Source: Gammaproteobacteria bacterium (lineage in GTDB: Bacteria; Pseudomonadota; Gammaproteobacteria; JAADHQ01). Taken from it: a stretch of DNA of 64,000 bases. Where the stretch lies: the NCBI GenBank assembly GCA_011052215.1, contig DRJK01000127.1:652-64651 (forward strand). The letters are read 5' to 3'. Positions 19,834 through 32,240 of this stretch are shown here, in pieces. Positions within the stretch are counted from its first letter, which is position 1; each line of letters opens with the position of its first letter. A program made the position numbers and the translations under genes. A model generated the notes under the pieces. It saw nothing but the letters and a program-made list of their open reading frames with translations. It was not told the origin of the DNA and did no database searches.

Positions 19834-21807
19834 CTAGCTTCCTTTACCGAAAACAAACCAGGTTAACAGCGATAACAGACCGATGATCATCGCGAAGGCA
19901 TAGTGGTATAGATAGCCTGTCTGGATCTGTCGGAGAATGCTGGAAAACCAGCCTATCGATCTGGCTGAACCATTTATAATCAGGCCATCGATCAGTTTAA
20001 CGTCGCCTGCTTGCCAGAAGATACGGCCGATCAGGCGACTACCCCCGGCAAAAACAATTTCATTGAAACGGTCGGCAAAATATTTGTTATCCAGTATCTT
20101 GTATATAAAGGCAAATTTATTCTGAAGCACGCCGGGGATATCCGGCCTTTTTATGTACAGGAACCAGGCAGTCAATACACCTGCTCCTGCAAGGTACACA
20201 GGAAAATCTGACAATGAATGTACGATCAGACCCCACCAGCTATGGAAATGATGGGCGACCTCCTCCGGTATCTGATGTGCCGCTGATACAGATATTGCAC
20301 TACCAAAGAAACCACCAAAGGCCATTTGGTCAACATAGATCGCACCGATGACAACCGATGGTATCGCCAGCGCGATCAGCGGCCAGGTCACCACAGGGGG
20401 GCATTCATGCAGATGCTCGCGCGTATAATCATCCATACGTCCCTTGCCATGAAATACCATGAAATACATGCGAAAACTGTACAGTGCAGTGATAAAGACG
20501 CCTGTCAGTACCGCGATATAGGCGAAGCCGGAACCCGGCAGACTCGAATGCTTGACGGCAGTGATAATTGCATCCTTGGAATAGAACCCGGCAAAACCCG
20601 GTGTACCGATCAATGCCAGAGAACCGATCAGGGATGTAATCCATGTGATTGGCATGTATTTTCTGAGCCCACCCATTTTGCGCATATCCTGCTCATGATG
20701 CATGGCGATAATGACCGAGCCGGCACCGAGAAATAACAACGCCTTGAAAAATGCATGGGTCATCAGATGGAAGACACCGGTTGCATAGGCCGACACACCC
20801 AGTGCAACGGTCATATAACCCAGTTGTGATAATGTCGAATAGGCGATGACACGTTTGATATCATTTTGCACCAGCCCCAGAAAACCCATGAACAGCGCCG
20901 TAATGGCACCGATGACAAGTACAAAACTCAGCGCCGTCTCCGACAGCTCAAACAACGGCGACATACGTGCCACCATAAAGATACCGGCTGTCACCATTGT
21001 GGCGGCATGGATCAATGCCGATATGGGGGTCGGGCCTTCCATGGAATCCGGCAACCATACATGTAATGGCACCTGGGCCGATTTGCCCATTGCACCGATG
21101 AACAACAGGATGCAGATAACCGTCGTCACCGACCAGGCGTATCCCGAGAATATCTCTATGGTCTGCCCGCTCAATCCGGGGGCCAGTTTGAACACCTCGG
21201 CATAATCCAGGCTGCCGGTATAGGTCAGTACTGCGGCGATACCTAACAGAAACCCGAAGTCACCGACACGGTTTACCAGAAAGGCCTTCAGGTTGGCATA
21301 AACGGCAGTGGGCTTCTTGAACCAGAACCCGATCAACAGGTAGGAAACCAGCCCGACTGCTTCCCAGCCAAAGAACAGTTGCAGGAAGTTGTTGGACATG
21401 ACCAGCATCAACATCGAAAAAGTAAACAAGGCGATATAGCTGAAAAAGCGCTGATAACCCGGGTCATCGTGCATATAGCCGATCGTATAGATGTGAACCA
21501 TCAGTGATACAAAGGTCACCACAATCAACATAACGGCAGTCAGCTTGTCGATCAGGAAACCCACCTGGAAATTTATGCCGTTACTGACCATCCAGGTATA
21601 GACTGTCCCGTTAAAAGGTTCAGCACCGTCAATGACAATGTGGTTAAAAACAACGAGTGATAACAGGAATGCAATTGCAACGCCTGAAATAGCGAACACA
21701 TGCGAGGCTGTTCTGCCAATCTTCCAACCAAACAGGCCCGCCACTATGGCTCCCAGCAATGGTGCCATCGGGATCGCAAGATAAATATTTTGCATATTCT
21801 CGGTCAC
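19834..21807 (-). CDS. nuoL: NADH-quinone oxidoreductase subunit L
   Basis: 657 aa antiporter-like subunit with a long C-terminal amphipathic helix extension. Confidence 0.95.
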   Translation of the reverse strand: MTENMQNIYLAIPMAPLLGAIVAGLFGWKIGRTASHVFAISGVAIAFLLSLVVFNHIVIDGAEPFNGTVYTWMVSNGINFQVGFLIDKLTAVMLIVVTFVSLMVHIYTIGYMHDDPGYQRFFSYIALFTFSMLMLVMSNNFLQLFFGWEAVGLVSYLLIGFWFKKPTAVYANLKAFLVNRVGDFGFLLGIAAVLTYTGSLDYAEVFKLAPGLSGQTIEIFSGYAWSVTTVICILLFIGAMGKSAQVPLHVWLPDSMEGPTPISALIHAATMVTAGIFMVARMSPLFELSETALSFVLVIGAITALFMGFLGLVQNDIKRVIAYSTLSQLGYMTVALGVSAYATGVFHLMTHAFFKALLFLGAGSVIIAMHHEQDMRKMGGLRKYMPITWITSLIGSLALIGTPGFAGFYSKDAIITAVKHSSLPGSGFAYIAVLTGVFITALYSFRMYFMVFHGKGRMDDYTREHLHECPPVVTWPLIALAIPSVVIGAIYVDQMAFGGFFGSAISVSAAHQIPEEVAHHFHSWWGLIVHSLSDFPVYLAGAGVLTAWFLYIKRPDIPGVLQNKFAFIYKILDNKYFADRFNEIVFAGGSRLIGRIFWQAGDVKLIDGLIINGSARSIGWFSSILRQIQTGYLYHYAFAMIIGLLSLLTWFVFGKGS

Positions 21808-21817
21808 GTCTCTAGCC

Positions 21818-22123
21818 CTAGCCCTTCATTGAATCCATGTCATCAACATTGATGGATTGTTTACTGCGATACAGAACAACGAGGATCGCCAGACCAATCG
21901 CTGCCTCGGCTGCTGCAACCGTTAATATAAAAAACACAAAAACCTGCCCGGCCACATCCTGAAGATAGGCGGAAAATGCCACAAAATTCATATTGACCGA
22001 GAGCAGCATCAACTCAATAGACATCAACAGAATAATGACATTTTTACGGTTAAGAAAAATTCCCGCCAACGAAAGACAAAACAGGATGGCTCCAAGTACA
22101 AGATAATCTGAAAGTGCAATCAT
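21818..22123 (-). CDS. nuoK: NADH-quinone oxidoreductase subunit K
   Basis: 101 aa, three TM helices, typical NuoK. Confidence 0.93.
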   Translation of the reverse strand: MIALSDYLVLGAILFCLSLAGIFLNRKNVIILLMSIELMLLSVNMNFVAFSAYLQDVAGQVFVFFILTVAAAEAAIGLAILVVLYRSKQSINVDDMDSMKG

Positions 22124-22725
22124 GACTGCTTTTCCTCCGCATCCATTTTCACTATGTGCAGGCGATCCGATTTTTTAACCAGAACCTGTTCTGAAGGGTT
22201 CTGCGATCGGGTATTGGGCCTTTTTCGCATTGTCAGCGCAATCGCGGCGACGATAGCCACTAAAAGAAGTACCGCAGCGATTTCAAATGAAAACAGGTAT
22301 TCTGTATACAGAACATTACCAATCGCTTCTGTATTACTGTAATCCACAGCCTTCCGGGCCGGTGCTGGAAACTTGTCCAGAGTGAAATTACCCGTGATGA
22401 CAATACCCATTTCCAGTACACTGATGAGTGCCACGGTAATACCGATCGGCAGGTATTTAATAAAACCTTCCCGCATCACATCCAGATTAATATTGAGCAT
22501 CATGACGACAAACAGGAACAGAACCATGACTGCACCGACATAAACCAGCACCAGGGTAATCGCCAGAAACTCTGCCTGTAACAGTATCCACAGGGCGGCA
22601 CTGGAAAAGAAACACAACACCAGATACAGGGCCGAATGGACAGGATTACGTGACGTAATCACTCTCAATGCAGCCAATACCAATATGGTGGCAAAGAGAT
22701 AAAATATAATTTTTTCAAGTGACAT
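22120..22725 (-). CDS. nuoJ: NADH-quinone oxidoreductase subunit J
   Basis: 201 aa membrane subunit. Operon position. Confidence 0.9.
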   Translation of the reverse strand: MSLEKIIFYLFATILVLAALRVITSRNPVHSALYLVLCFFSSAALWILLQAEFLAITLVLVYVGAVMVLFLFVVMMLNINLDVMREGFIKYLPIGITVALISVLEMGIVITGNFTLDKFPAPARKAVDYSNTEAIGNVLYTEYLFSFEIAAVLLLVAIVAAIALTMRKRPNTRSQNPSEQVLVKKSDRLHIVKMDAEEKQS

Positions 22726-22737
22726 AACTTTTTCGTC

Positions 22738-23229
22738 CTACCGGTACGGTGCATCGGCAGCCCTGTCGGCTGCTATTTGTGCTTCCAGCCGGTCACCAGT
22801 CGCCAGTAATTTATCCTTGGTCATTATCTGTTCACCACATTCTTCAAAATGGTATTCAAAATGCCGGGTCTCGACAATAGCATCGACCGGACAGGCCTCT
22901 TCACAAAAACCGCAGAAAATACATTTAAACAAATCGATGTCATAACGGGTTGTTCTGCGAGACCCGTCTTCGCGTTCTGCCACATCAATCGTTATCGCCA
23001 GTGCGGGGCAAACAGCCTCACAAAGCTTGCAGGCAATACACCGTTCCTCGCCATTGGGATATCGACGTTGTGCATGTAGCCCCCGGAATCGAGGAGACAG
23101 CGGGGTTTTCTGTTCCGGGTACTGAATGGTGAATTTTTTCGAAAACAAATACCGCCCGGTCAGACGCATGCCTTTTAACAGCTCAATCATGAACAGACTA
23201 TGGAATGTGGTTTTTAATGTCCTGGCCAT
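22738..23229 (-). CDS. nuoI: NADH-quinone oxidoreductase subunit I (2x[4Fe-4S] ferredoxin-type)
   Basis: 163 aa. Two CxxCxxCxxxCP motifs. Confidence 0.95.
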   Translation of the reverse strand: MARTLKTTFHSLFMIELLKGMRLTGRYLFSKKFTIQYPEQKTPLSPRFRGLHAQRRYPNGEERCIACKLCEAVCPALAITIDVAEREDGSRRTTRYDIDLFKCIFCGFCEEACPVDAIVETRHFEYHFEECGEQIMTKDKLLATGDRLEAQIAADRAADAPYR

Positions 23230-23231
23230 AC

Positions 23232-24326
23232 TTATGTCCCTGCTCTCGTTGCTATTTTATTCAACAACAGATACGCAGCCACTATTCCAACTGTCCAAAC
23301 GCCCAGCGTGACATAGGAAACCCTGGCCGCGATAACAGCCCCCAGCACCAGTATCCAGATAATGGTGATCGGTATAAACACCTTCCAGCCCAGACGCATG
23401 ATCTGGTCATAACGGTATCGTGGAAAGGTGGCCCTGAACCAGAGAAAACAAAATGCGAAGAATGCGGCCTTGCTCAGGAACCAGATAATACTTGACTTGG
23501 CCAGGAAGGTATCTTCAAACCATGGAATACCCTGGAAAGGTGATAACCAACCCCCCATAAACATCAGGGCCGTCAATACTGAAATCAGAATAATATTTGC
23601 ATACTCCGCCAAAAAAAATACCGCGAAGGTCATGCCTGAATACTCAATATGAAAACCGGCAACAATCTCTGACTCACCTTCGGCAACATCGAATGGTGCA
23701 CGATTGGTTTCAGCAATGCCGGAAATAAAATAAACCAGAAAAAGCGGAAATAATGGCATCCAGTACCAGTGCCAGATACCACCTGATTGTTGCATGACTA
23801 TATCATGCAGGTTAATGCTGGAAGCGGCCATCAAAACACCGACCAGTGCAAAACCCATTGCAATTTCATAGGAAACAATCTGTGCCGCAGAACGCATGGC
23901 ACCCAGAAATGCATATTTTGAATTGGACGCCCAACCGGCAACAATTATTCCGTAAACACCCAGTGATGTCATAGCCAGTACATAAAGCAGACTGGCGTCA
24001 ATATTGGATAATACCAGACCTTCATCAAACGGTACTACAGCCCAGGCCGCCAGCGATGGTGCAATTGCAAGCATCGGCGCGATGACGAACAGGAATTTGT
24101 CGGCATTGGTTGGAATGACGATCTCTTTCATCATCAGTTTTAATGCATCTGCAATCGGCTGCAACCAGCCCTTGGGACCCACCCGGTTGGGACCCAGACG
24201 AACCTGCATATAACCGATCAGTTTTCGCTCGGCATAGGTCAGGTAGGCAACGCCCAGTAATAACGGTAACAGAATCGCAAATATCTTCAGAAGGACAAAC
24301 AGCAGATCAAGAATGAATTCAAGCAT
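23232..24326 (-). CDS. nuoH: NADH-quinone oxidoreductase subunit H
   Basis: 364 aa. ND1-like polytopic subunit. Confidence 0.95.
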   Translation of the reverse strand: MLEFILDLLFVLLKIFAILLPLLLGVAYLTYAERKLIGYMQVRLGPNRVGPKGWLQPIADALKLMMKEIVIPTNADKFLFVIAPMLAIAPSLAAWAVVPFDEGLVLSNIDASLLYVLAMTSLGVYGIIVAGWASNSKYAFLGAMRSAAQIVSYEIAMGFALVGVLMAASSINLHDIVMQQSGGIWHWYWMPLFPLFLVYFISGIAETNRAPFDVAEGESEIVAGFHIEYSGMTFAVFFLAEYANIILISVLTALMFMGGWLSPFQGIPWFEDTFLAKSSIIWFLSKAAFFAFCFLWFRATFPRYRYDQIMRLGWKVFIPITIIWILVLGAVIAARVSYVTLGVWTVGIVAAYLLLNKIATRAGT

Positions 24327-24328
24327 GA

Positions 24329-26695
24329 TCAGTCGGCCTCCATTTCAAGGGAAGCAAACAGTGATGACAGATTTACACCGGCCGGTGTGCCTATAGGCAA
24401 CCATACGCAATCTTCCGGTATGCCATCATCGATAACGAGGGGCACACTCACCCTGTCACCACCCTGACTGACCAGTACCTTGTCTGCATCACCCAGGCCA
24501 AGTTTGTCTGCCAAACCGGAATGAATCCTGGCTCCCTGCTCGAGAGCATCATGCGTAGCCTGTAGTGCGGTGGCCCGCCTGACCACGCTGTCTTCATGGT
24601 AGATGGCTACTGCACCGATCCGTGTCAGCCCGGCCATGTCAACCGGCAACCTGACTTCATGATCACTGCCAACATGGTTATTCATTTCGACATCACCTAT
24701 GCGGGCCAATACCTCATCGCGTACTTCTTCTGAACTATTGAAATCAAATCCTTCCAGATCGAGCAGGTTACCCAATACCCGCAACACCTTCCAGGCGGGC
24801 CTGGATTCCCCCAGAGGTTTTGTTACACCCGTAAAACTCTGCCTTGTACCCTCTATATTAATAAAGGTACCTGATGTCTCTGACACAGGCGTTACAGGCA
24901 GAAGCACATTGGCATATTCCTTCATTGCATCACCAAGGTAGGCAGTCAGTGATACGACACAATCTGTTTTCTTCAGTGTTGAAACCGCGGTGGTGGCATC
25001 GGCCATGTCCAGCTCGGGCTCCACCCCCACCAGCAGACAGGCAGCCATGCCATTTTCCATCATGTCCATGGCGTGTCTGCCTTTCGAACGACTGGCTGTA
25101 CCACCTGCGTCACGATTCGGTAAAACACCCGACAGGCAGGCACCTGCGGTATTGGTTCCTTCAGTTAAATAACCCAGGGTAGCGCCTGTAGCCTGGGCGA
25201 TCACTCCTGCCAGACTTCGTATTTCTGCGAGATAGGGCATTAACTGGGCCTGCGAACCTATAATCACGGTTGCCGAATCTGCAGCCTTGAGATGCCCGGT
25301 GATGGCCAGTTGTGAATCACTACTGTCTACGTTCGCAAACAAGTGTTGTAAATTTCCCGGGATACTGCTTCCTGCTAAATCCATTGCCGATTTTGCTATA
25401 CCCGCCAGGGCGTGAATCATTTTTCCGGGAGAAACAATAATTTTTTCCTCGACATTCAAATTGCAGGCAAAATCACGTGAGTTGACAAACATTAACTTTG
25501 CACCACGCATGGATGCCTTACGCAGGCGGTGTGCTGCAATCGGTTGTTCCTTGCTTACATTCGAACCAATTAATAATGCTGCATCACAATTTTCAAGATC
25601 TGTTATTTTTTGACCCAGGCCAGGAAAAACAGGGGCATTATCCTGATCGCGGAAATCGATCTGCCTTAGTCTGTGATCGATATTACGGGTCTCTGTGCCA
25701 TCGGCGATCTGACGGGCAAGCGCCATTTCTTCCAGGGTTGAACTTGATGATACGAGAATACCCAGATCAGATCCGGCCGACTTGATCCCTTTGGCTGCGA
25801 TCTCAAGGGCGGTGTCCCAATCTGTTTCCTTCCATTCATCATTTATTCGAATCATCGGAACCTTTAGTCGCGAATCACTTCTCAAGCCTTCATAACTGAA
25901 TCGATCCCTGTCTGATAACCAGCATTCATTTATGTTTTCGTTATCCCGTGGCCCGACACGAGTCACTTCACCGCGGAATGTGTGTATCGATATATTTGAA
26001 CCCATACAATCGTGTGCCGCTATCGAAGGACTTTGCACCAGCTCCCACGCCCTTGCTGAAAATCGGGAGGGTTTGGCTGTCAGGGCACCAACCGGACACA
26101 GGTCGATTATGTTCCCGGACATTTCCGAGTCAACGGCCTGTTCTATATAAGTACCTATACGGGTATGTTCGCCTCGCCCGGTGGCGCCCATTTCACGCAC
26201 ACCCGCCAGCTCCTGACCAAAACGGACACAACGTGTGCAATGAATGCAGCGCGTCATATCGGTTGCAATCAGGGGTCCGAGGTTTTTATCCGGAACGACA
26301 CGTTTGTCTTCAGAAAATCGGGAGATGTCACCCCCGTAACCCATGGCTACATCCTGCAACTCACATTCACCACCCTGATCACAAATCGGACAATCCAGCG
26401 GATGATTAATTAGCAGAAATTCCATTGTGGCTTTTTGTGCGGCGATGGCTCTGGGTGACTTTGTAAAGACCTTCATGCCATCCATGACCGGCGTTGCACA
26501 GGCGGGTAATGGTTTAGGGGCCTTTTCAACCTCAACCAGACACATACGACAGTTGGCGGCCACTGACAGTTTATTGTGATAGCAAAAACGCGGAATACGT
26601 ATGCCCGCTTTATCGGCTACTGCAATAAGCATCTCCCCGGGATTTGCCTTCAGGGAAGTGCCATCGATTTCGATATTTAACTTGTCGTCACTCAT
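24329..26695 (-). CDS. nuoG: NADH-quinone oxidoreductase subunit G (75 kDa Fe-S subunit)
   Basis: 788 aa. N-terminal 2Fe-2S and 4Fe-4S cysteine clusters, plus a molybdopterin-oxidoreductase-like domain. Confidence 0.95.
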   Translation of the reverse strand: MSDDKLNIEIDGTSLKANPGEMLIAVADKAGIRIPRFCYHNKLSVAANCRMCLVEVEKAPKPLPACATPVMDGMKVFTKSPRAIAAQKATMEFLLINHPLDCPICDQGGECELQDVAMGYGGDISRFSEDKRVVPDKNLGPLIATDMTRCIHCTRCVRFGQELAGVREMGATGRGEHTRIGTYIEQAVDSEMSGNIIDLCPVGALTAKPSRFSARAWELVQSPSIAAHDCMGSNISIHTFRGEVTRVGPRDNENINECWLSDRDRFSYEGLRSDSRLKVPMIRINDEWKETDWDTALEIAAKGIKSAGSDLGILVSSSSTLEEMALARQIADGTETRNIDHRLRQIDFRDQDNAPVFPGLGQKITDLENCDAALLIGSNVSKEQPIAAHRLRKASMRGAKLMFVNSRDFACNLNVEEKIIVSPGKMIHALAGIAKSAMDLAGSSIPGNLQHLFANVDSSDSQLAITGHLKAADSATVIIGSQAQLMPYLAEIRSLAGVIAQATGATLGYLTEGTNTAGACLSGVLPNRDAGGTASRSKGRHAMDMMENGMAACLLVGVEPELDMADATTAVSTLKKTDCVVSLTAYLGDAMKEYANVLLPVTPVSETSGTFINIEGTRQSFTGVTKPLGESRPAWKVLRVLGNLLDLEGFDFNSSEEVRDEVLARIGDVEMNNHVGSDHEVRLPVDMAGLTRIGAVAIYHEDSVVRRATALQATHDALEQGARIHSGLADKLGLGDADKVLVSQGGDRVSVPLVIDDGIPEDCVWLPIGTPAGVNLSSLFASLEMEAD

Positions 26696-26842
26696 TCATT
26701 TAACCTGTCATTCTGGAATCATCAGTTGGACGGCATGGCTGGCACTCACCCGACAAGGTGGACTGCGGTGCAGTAAAAAGTTACTTAATTCCAAAATGTT
26801 AAGCTCCTGTCATAGCGGTCAACTGATGAATCCAGGATCATA

Positions 26843-28129
26843 CTATGAAAAAGACTTCTTCATAGCGACCATGCATTTTTTGTGTTCAATGTGATATTCA
26901 AACTCTTCGCGATAATTCTTTAAAAAACTCTGCACTGGCATGGCGGCAGCATCGCCCAGGGCGCATATAGTGTGTCCGCCAATCTGTCCTGCTACCCGAA
27001 CCAGATTATCCAGGTCTTCAGGACGACCCTGGCCATGTTCAATGCGATGTACCATGCGCGACAACCAGCCTGTGCCTTCACGGCAAGGGGTGCACTGACC
27101 ACACGACTCGTTGTAATAAAAATGAGAAAGATTAGACAGAACCCTGACCATGCAGGTATGTTCATCCATCACGATGACCGCACCTGAACCCAGCATGGAA
27201 CCAGCCGCAGTAATGGAATCATAATCCATATCCACATCCATCATGACATCACCAGGCAATACGGGAACGGATGATCCGCCGGGAATAACCGCCTTGAGTT
27301 TATGACCATTGCGTACACCCCCTGCCATTTCAAGCAGTTTTGAAAATGGTGTGCCCATGGGTACCTCAAAGTTACCCGGATTATTGACATGGCCCGAAAC
27401 ACAGAACAGCTTGGAACCACCGTTGTTCGGTTTGCCCAGATCCAGAAACCATTGCCCTCCATTTCTCAGAATTTCAGGCACAGACGCCAACGATTCAGTA
27501 TTATTGATGGTTGTCGGTTTGCCGTACAAACCAAAACCTGCCGGGAATGGTGGCTTGAAGCGGGGCTGGCCTTTTTTGCCTTCAATGGATTCAAGTAATG
27601 CCGTTTCTTCACCACAAATATAGGCGCCGGCACCGAGGTGACTATGCAATTGAAAATCGAAGCCGGACCCAAAGATATTGTCGCCGAGCAGGCCCTCATG
27701 CCGGGCTTCCTCGATGGCCGCCTCAAACCGTTCAAAAGGCTCCCGGAATTCGCCGCGAATATAATTATAACCCACACTGGCACCGATACAGTAACCGGCA
27801 ATAATCATCCCTTCAATCAACTGGTGCGGGTTGTAACGTAGTATATCCCTGTCCTTGCAGGTGCCCGGCTCACCCTCGTCTGAATTGCAAACGATGTATT
27901 TCTGGCCCGGTGCATTCCTGGGCATAAAACTCCACTTGAGACCGGTTGGGAACCCTGCACCACCACGGCCACGCAAGGCCGACATCTTGAGTTCTTCAAT
28001 AATATCTTCGGCAGAAATTTTTTCTGTCAGAATTTTCTTCAGTACTTCATAACCACCGCTAAGCCTGTAGGCATCCATCCGCCATGGCTTATCCAGGTGT
28101 TCATTTCTGAAGCAAACTTCGTTGGCCAT
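26843..28129 (-). CDS. nuoF: NADH-quinone oxidoreductase subunit F (FMN/NADH-binding)
   Basis: 428 aa. [13 protein letters not shown] FMN/NADH motifs and a C-terminal 4Fe-4S cysteine cluster. Confidence 0.96.
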   Translation of the reverse strand: MANEVCFRNEHLDKPWRMDAYRLSGGYEVLKKILTEKISAEDIIEELKMSALRGRGGAGFPTGLKWSFMPRNAPGQKYIVCNSDEGEPGTCKDRDILRYNPHQLIEGMIIAGYCIGASVGYNYIRGEFREPFERFEAAIEEARHEGLLGDNIFGSGFDFQLHSHLGAGAYICGEETALLESIEGKKGQPRFKPPFPAGFGLYGKPTTINNTESLASVPEILRNGGQWFLDLGKPNNGGSKLFCVSGHVNNPGNFEVPMGTPFSKLLEMAGGVRNGHKLKAVIPGGSSVPVLPGDVMMDVDMDYDSITAAGSMLGSGAVIVMDEHTCMVRVLSNLSHFYYNESCGQCTPCREGTGWLSRMVHRIEHGQGRPEDLDNLVRVAGQIGGHTICALGDAAAMPVQSFLKNYREEFEYHIEHKKCMVAMKKSFS

Positions 28130-28131
28130 AA

Positions 28132-28635
28132 TTATTCCAGCTCTGCCAGTATCTTGTCTATTCTTTCCGGCGTCAGTTTTTCGTAATACTGATTACCGAT
28201 CATCATCGCAGGTGCACCGACACAGGCACCCAGACACTCGACTTCTTTTATGGAAAATTTACCGTCAACGGTGACTTCACCCAACTTGACGCCGAGCCTC
28301 TCCTGAAGATGCTCAAGTATCTCTACGGAACCATTTAACAGGCAGGAAATACTGTTGCAAACACATATCTTGTGTCGACCGACCGGTTTGTGCTCATACA
28401 TGGAATAAAAAGTTGCCACTTCATAAACTGCTATGCGTGGCATTTCCAGATATTCTGCAACGGCGTTCATCAACTGGGTATCAAGAAAACCCTTATTGTC
28501 ATCCTGAACAATACGCAATGCGGCCATCACAGCGGATTGCTTCTTATCGGCTGGATATTTGACAATCCAGTGATCAATTTCGCCCCGCACTTGCTGGCTT
28601 AAAATATCGAGCAATGATTCCCTGGCCTGTGTCAT
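28132..28635 (-). CDS. nuoE: NADH-quinone oxidoreductase subunit E (2Fe-2S)
   Basis: 167 aa. Thioredoxin-like 2Fe-2S cysteines (CxxxxC...CxxxC). Confidence 0.94.
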   Translation of the reverse strand: MTQARESLLDILSQQVRGEIDHWIVKYPADKKQSAVMAALRIVQDDNKGFLDTQLMNAVAEYLEMPRIAVYEVATFYSMYEHKPVGRHKICVCNSISCLLNGSVEILEHLQERLGVKLGEVTVDGKFSIKEVECLGACVGAPAMMIGNQYYEKLTPERIDKILAELE

Positions 28636-29888
28636 TAGCGATCGATCTCCCCAAATACAATATCCTGGGTTCCGATGACTGTAACCACGTCTGCCAGCAT
28701 ATGCCCGCGAACCATTTCATCCAGTGACGCCAGATGTGCAAAGCCGGGTGCGCGGATCTTGAGTCTGTAGGGTTTGTTCGCGCCATCTGAAATCATATAA
28801 ATTCCAAATTCACCCTTCGGATGTTCGATGCCAACATAGGCCTCACCTTCCGGAATACAATAACCTTCCGTAAAATGTTTGAAATGATGGATCAATGATT
28901 CCATGTTTCCCTTCATGGCCTCACGACGTGGTGGAGTGATCTTGTTATCTTGCAGCAACACAGGGCCGGGGTTAACGCGCAACCAGTCTATGCACTGCCT
29001 GATAATTCGGTTGGACTGACGCATCTCTTCCATACGAACCAGGTAACGATCATAAGAGTCACCGTTGGTACCAACGGGAATATCAAAATCCATTTGATCA
29101 TAGACTTCATATGGCTGTTTCTTGCGCAAATCCCACTCTATGCCTGAACCCCTCAGCATGGGGCCTGAAAAACCCAGTTGCATGGCACGCTCAGGACTGA
29201 CCACGCCGATACCCACTGTCCGTTGCTTCCAGATCCGGTTGTCTGTCAACAGGGTTTCATACTCATCTACATAAACCGGGAATCGATTGGTGAAATCCTC
29301 GAGAAAATCCAGCATGGAACCACCACGGTTGCCATTCAGCCGTACTGTTTCCTTTTCACTACGCCATTTGGTCGTTTCAAATCGAGGCATGCTGTCAGGC
29401 AAATCACGGTTGACACCACCCGGACGATAGTAGGTCGCATGCAGCCGCGCCCCGGATACTGCCTCATAGACATCCATCAGGTCTTCGCGCTCACGGAAGG
29501 CATACAGGAACATGGTCATGGCACCAACGTCCAGGGCATGTGCCCCTATCCACAACAGGTGGTTAAGGATACGGGTGATTTCATCGAACATGACACGGAT
29601 ATACTGCGCTCGTATCGGCACATCGACGCCCAATAATTTTTCGATCGCCAAAACATAACTGTGTTCGTTACACATCATCGAAACATAGTCGAGACGATCC
29701 ATGTAACCGATACTCTGGTTATAGGGTTTGCTTTCGGCCAGTTTTTCGGTGGCACGATGTAACAGGCCGATATGCGGGTCTGCCCGCTCAATCACCTCAC
29801 CGTTCATCTCCAGAATCAGGCGCAGTACGCCGTGTGCGGCCGGATGCTGTGGCCCGAAATTCAATGTCATATTACGCAATTCAGGCAT
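28635..29888 (-). CDS. nuoD: NADH-quinone oxidoreductase subunit D (49 kDa)
   Basis: [24 protein letters not shown]... is the canonical NuoD N-terminus. The ORF extends a further 27 codons upstream (to 29969), overlapping nuoC. Start chosen by homology, giving an 8-nt overlap with nuoC. Confidence 0.93.
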   Translation of the reverse strand: MPELRNMTLNFGPQHPAAHGVLRLILEMNGEVIERADPHIGLLHRATEKLAESKPYNQSIGYMDRLDYVSMMCNEHSYVLAIEKLLGVDVPIRAQYIRVMFDEITRILNHLLWIGAHALDVGAMTMFLYAFREREDLMDVYEAVSGARLHATYYRPGGVNRDLPDSMPRFETTKWRSEKETVRLNGNRGGSMLDFLEDFTNRFPVYVDEYETLLTDNRIWKQRTVGIGVVSPERAMQLGFSGPMLRGSGIEWDLRKKQPYEVYDQMDFDIPVGTNGDSYDRYLVRMEEMRQSNRIIRQCIDWLRVNPGPVLLQDNKITPPRREAMKGNMESLIHHFKHFTEGYCIPEGEAYVGIEHPKGEFGIYMISDGANKPYRLKIRAPGFAHLASLDEMVRGHMLADVVTVIGTQDIVFGEIDR

Positions 29889-30588
29889 CGGTTGGCTCCT
29901 CTCCAGCCTGACCACTTTCATAGCGATGATCCTTGCGAATAACACGCGGAACCAGCACGCGTGGCTCAATGCTGACCGGCTGATAGATTACCCGTCTTTT
30001 TTCTGCGTCATAGCGCATTTCCACATGACCGGTCAATGGATAGTCTTTACGGAACGGATGGCCGATAAAACCGTAATCAGAAAGAATTCGACGCAGATCG
30101 GGATGACCTTCAAAGACGATACCATAAAGGTCGAATGCCTCACGCTCAAACCAGTCAACACCATTCCATATTGAATGTACGGAGTCAATAATTGGAAAGT
30201 CACTGCTTTGCGGATATGCCCTGACACGCAGACGTTGATTATTGGTAATAGACAACAGGTGATAAACAACGGCAAACCGGGGTTTGTCCGGGTTTTTATT
30301 ATTTTGAAATGTATTTTCACTTTCCTTGATGACGCCCCGGGTAAAGCCGGTGTCGGTAGCAATATCGGTTTCCCATTCCGTGAAGCCGTATGCAGAATAG
30401 TCTACGCCACACAGGTCCATTAATACTTCAAACCTGAATTCCGGATCGTTCCTGAGTACCATGCAAACATCTGTAATGTCGGTTGCCAAAACCTCGATCG
30501 TGACTTCCGCCTTGTCAACCACACAACTGGTCAAGGTATCTGAAAACCTTTCTTTCAGTTTTGCTGCCAATGTTTGCGAGTCTGCCAT
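29881..30588 (-). CDS. nuoC: NADH-quinone oxidoreductase subunit C (30 kDa), unfused
   Basis: 235 aa NuoC-like. It is separate from nuoD, unlike the fused E. coli NuoCD. Confidence 0.93.
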   Translation of the reverse strand: MADSQTLAAKLKERFSDTLTSCVVDKAEVTIEVLATDITDVCMVLRNDPEFRFEVLMDLCGVDYSAYGFTEWETDIATDTGFTRGVIKESENTFQNNKNPDKPRFAVVYHLLSITNNQRLRVRAYPQSSDFPIIDSVHSIWNGVDWFEREAFDLYGIVFEGHPDLRRILSDYGFIGHPFRKDYPLTGHVEMRYDAEKRRVIYQPVSIEPRVLVPRVIRKDHRYESGQAGEEPTDA

Positions 30589-30608
30589 TTATATTAGCTC
30601 TTTAACTG

Positions 30609-31088
30609 TTATGTTCGCGCAATCGTATTGGTGCGCTTGATCTTGTTCTGCAACTGGATAATTCCGTACAACAGGGCCTCTGCGGTGGGCGGGCAGCCGG
30701 GTACATAGATATCGACCGGAACAATACGGTCGCAGCCGCGGACTACTGAATAGGAGTAATGATAATAGCCCCCACCATTGGCGCAGGAACCCATCGAGAT
30801 TACCCAGCGTGGTTCCGGCATTTGATCATAAACCTTGCGCAGTGCCGGGGCCATTTTGTTGGTCAGGGTCCCCGCAACAATCATGACATCCGATTGTCTT
30901 GGACTGGGACGGAACAGAATACCAAACCGGTCGATATCATATCGAGACGCACCGGCCTGCATCATTTCAACTGCACAACAGGCAAGTCCGAATGTCATGG
31001 GCCACATGGAACCGGTACGTGCCCAATTGATCAGCTTGTCGGCCGATGTAGTGACAAAACCTTTTTCCAGGATTCCCTCTATTCCCAT
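30609..31088 (-). CDS. nuoB: NADH-quinone oxidoreductase subunit B (20 kDa, N2 cluster)
   Basis: 159 aa. CCxxE...C...CP 4Fe-4S ligands. Confidence 0.95.
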   Translation of the reverse strand: MGIEGILEKGFVTTSADKLINWARTGSMWPMTFGLACCAVEMMQAGASRYDIDRFGILFRPSPRQSDVMIVAGTLTNKMAPALRKVYDQMPEPRWVISMGSCANGGGYYHYSYSVVRGCDRIVPVDIYVPGCPPTAEALLYGIIQLQNKIKRTNTIART

Positions 31089-31435
31089 TCAAGGGCCCCC
31101 TTCTTCCACTCATATATAAAGGCTATTATCAGTATTCCAAGGAAAACACTCATGGCAATATAGCCATACCAGCCAAGTTTGTGGAGCACAACGGCCCATG
31201 GAAACATGAATGCTATCTCCAGGTCGAACAGGATAAACAGGATGGCTACCAGGTAAAAACGGATATCAAATGTCCCACGGGAATCTTCAAATGCCTCGAA
31301 ACCGCACTCGTAAGGTGAGAGTTTTTCACTATTAGGTTTATGGGGAGCCATAATGGCGCCCACCATAACAGGGCCTATACCAAACAGGATTCCTATACCG
31401 ATAAAAACCAGAATTGGCAGGTAGTTCTCCAGCAT
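31079..31435 (-). CDS. nuoA: NADH-quinone oxidoreductase subunit A
   Basis: 118 aa, three TM helices. First gene of the operon. Confidence 0.93.
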   Translation of the reverse strand: MLENYLPILVFIGIGILFGIGPVMVGAIMAPHKPNSEKLSPYECGFEAFEDSRGTFDIRFYLVAILFILFDLEIAFMFPWAVVLHKLGWYGYIAMSVFLGILIIAFIYEWKKGALEWE

Positions 31436-31691
31436 AAGCAGATATTACTCCTCCAGTATCCTGAATATGGATTAATTCCGATTCAGGTGGTTTTTATTTT
31501 TTCTGGATCGAACCGTCCAGATATTGATTTATGCGAAGAATTCTAGGCTACTTTAACAACTTGTGTCAAGTCTGGTGTTTTTACTATTTTTAATATATTC
31601 AATAAGTTATCACATTATTAGGGGCATAAAAAAATGGTATGCTGATGCAACCGTTGTTTATGAAGATTTTATTGAAAATCTTGTCAGATTT

Positions 31692-31776
31692 GGTGCCGAT
31701 GGCCGGAGTCGAACCGGCACAGCTTACGCTACCACCCCCTCAAGATGGCGTGTCTACCAATTCCACCACATCGGCT
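31692..31776 (-). tRNA. leuU: tRNA-Leu (anticodon GAG), class II with long variable arm
   Basis: The reverse complement reads GCCGATGTGGTGGAATTGGTAGACACGCCATCTTGAGGGGGTGGTAGCGTAAGCTGTGCCGGTTCGACTCCGGCCATCGGCACCA (85 nt). Its position after secG matches E. coli secG-leuU. Confidence 0.9.
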
Positions 31777-31780
31777 GTAT

Positions 31781-32227
31781 TTACTCGTCTTTCCCGTGCC
31801 GGCCTGAAGCAGGTACCCTGGATCCGGCCGGTTGTGCAGTCTTTTTGACTGCTGTCGGCTTCGGTACATCGGCTACAGACTGTTTTTCTGCGGTCGGAAC
31901 TGAGGGAATATCCGTAGCCGGTTTGGGTGTTTCTTTTATTGCCAGCGGTGCCTTGGTCTTTGTTGTGTATTTTTCAACCAGACCCTGTTCCTGACTTTGT
32001 CTGTAAGCCAGAACAGTCAGTGTCATGCTGACGGCAAAAAATAGTGTGGCAAGGATACCGGTTGTCCTGCTCAGAAATGAGGCGGATCCACTGGCACCAA
32101 ATACCGTTGCCGAGGAACCACTACCAAATGCTGCACCTGCATCTGCACCCTTGCCATGTTGCAGCAAGATCAGTGCAATCAGGGAAATTGAAATCAATAC
32201 CTGTATTACCAACAAAACATTTTGCAT
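31781..32227 (-). CDS. secG: Preprotein translocase subunit SecG (with Pro/Ala-rich C-terminal extension)
   Basis: The N-terminal 110 aa is typical SecG (two TM helices, Gly-rich GAxxGAAFGSGSS loop). A ~40-aa P/A/K-rich tail is extra. The stop lies 5 nt before the tRNA-Leu 5' end. Confidence 0.85.
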   Translation of the reverse strand: MQNVLLVIQVLISISLIALILLQHGKGADAGAAFGSGSSATVFGASGSASFLSRTTGILATLFFAVSMTLTVLAYRQSQEQGLVEKYTTKTKAPLAIKETPKPATDIPSVPTAEKQSVADVPKPTAVKKTAQPAGSRVPASGRHGKDE

Positions 32228-32240
32228 TTAATTCACCCGT

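Noticed and set aside
26759-26771. ACTGC-GGT-GCAGT inverted repeat in the unusually long (147 bp) nuoF-nuoG spacer
   Set aside because: A short 5-bp inverted repeat without a T-tract. It could be a REP-like or processing element, but the evidence is too thin to call a feature.
31506-31530. tRNA-like T-arm motif (GGTTCGATCC) upstream of nuoA
   Set aside because: No acceptor stem, D-arm or anticodon arm can be built around it. Its flanks are A/T runs. More likely a small hairpin.
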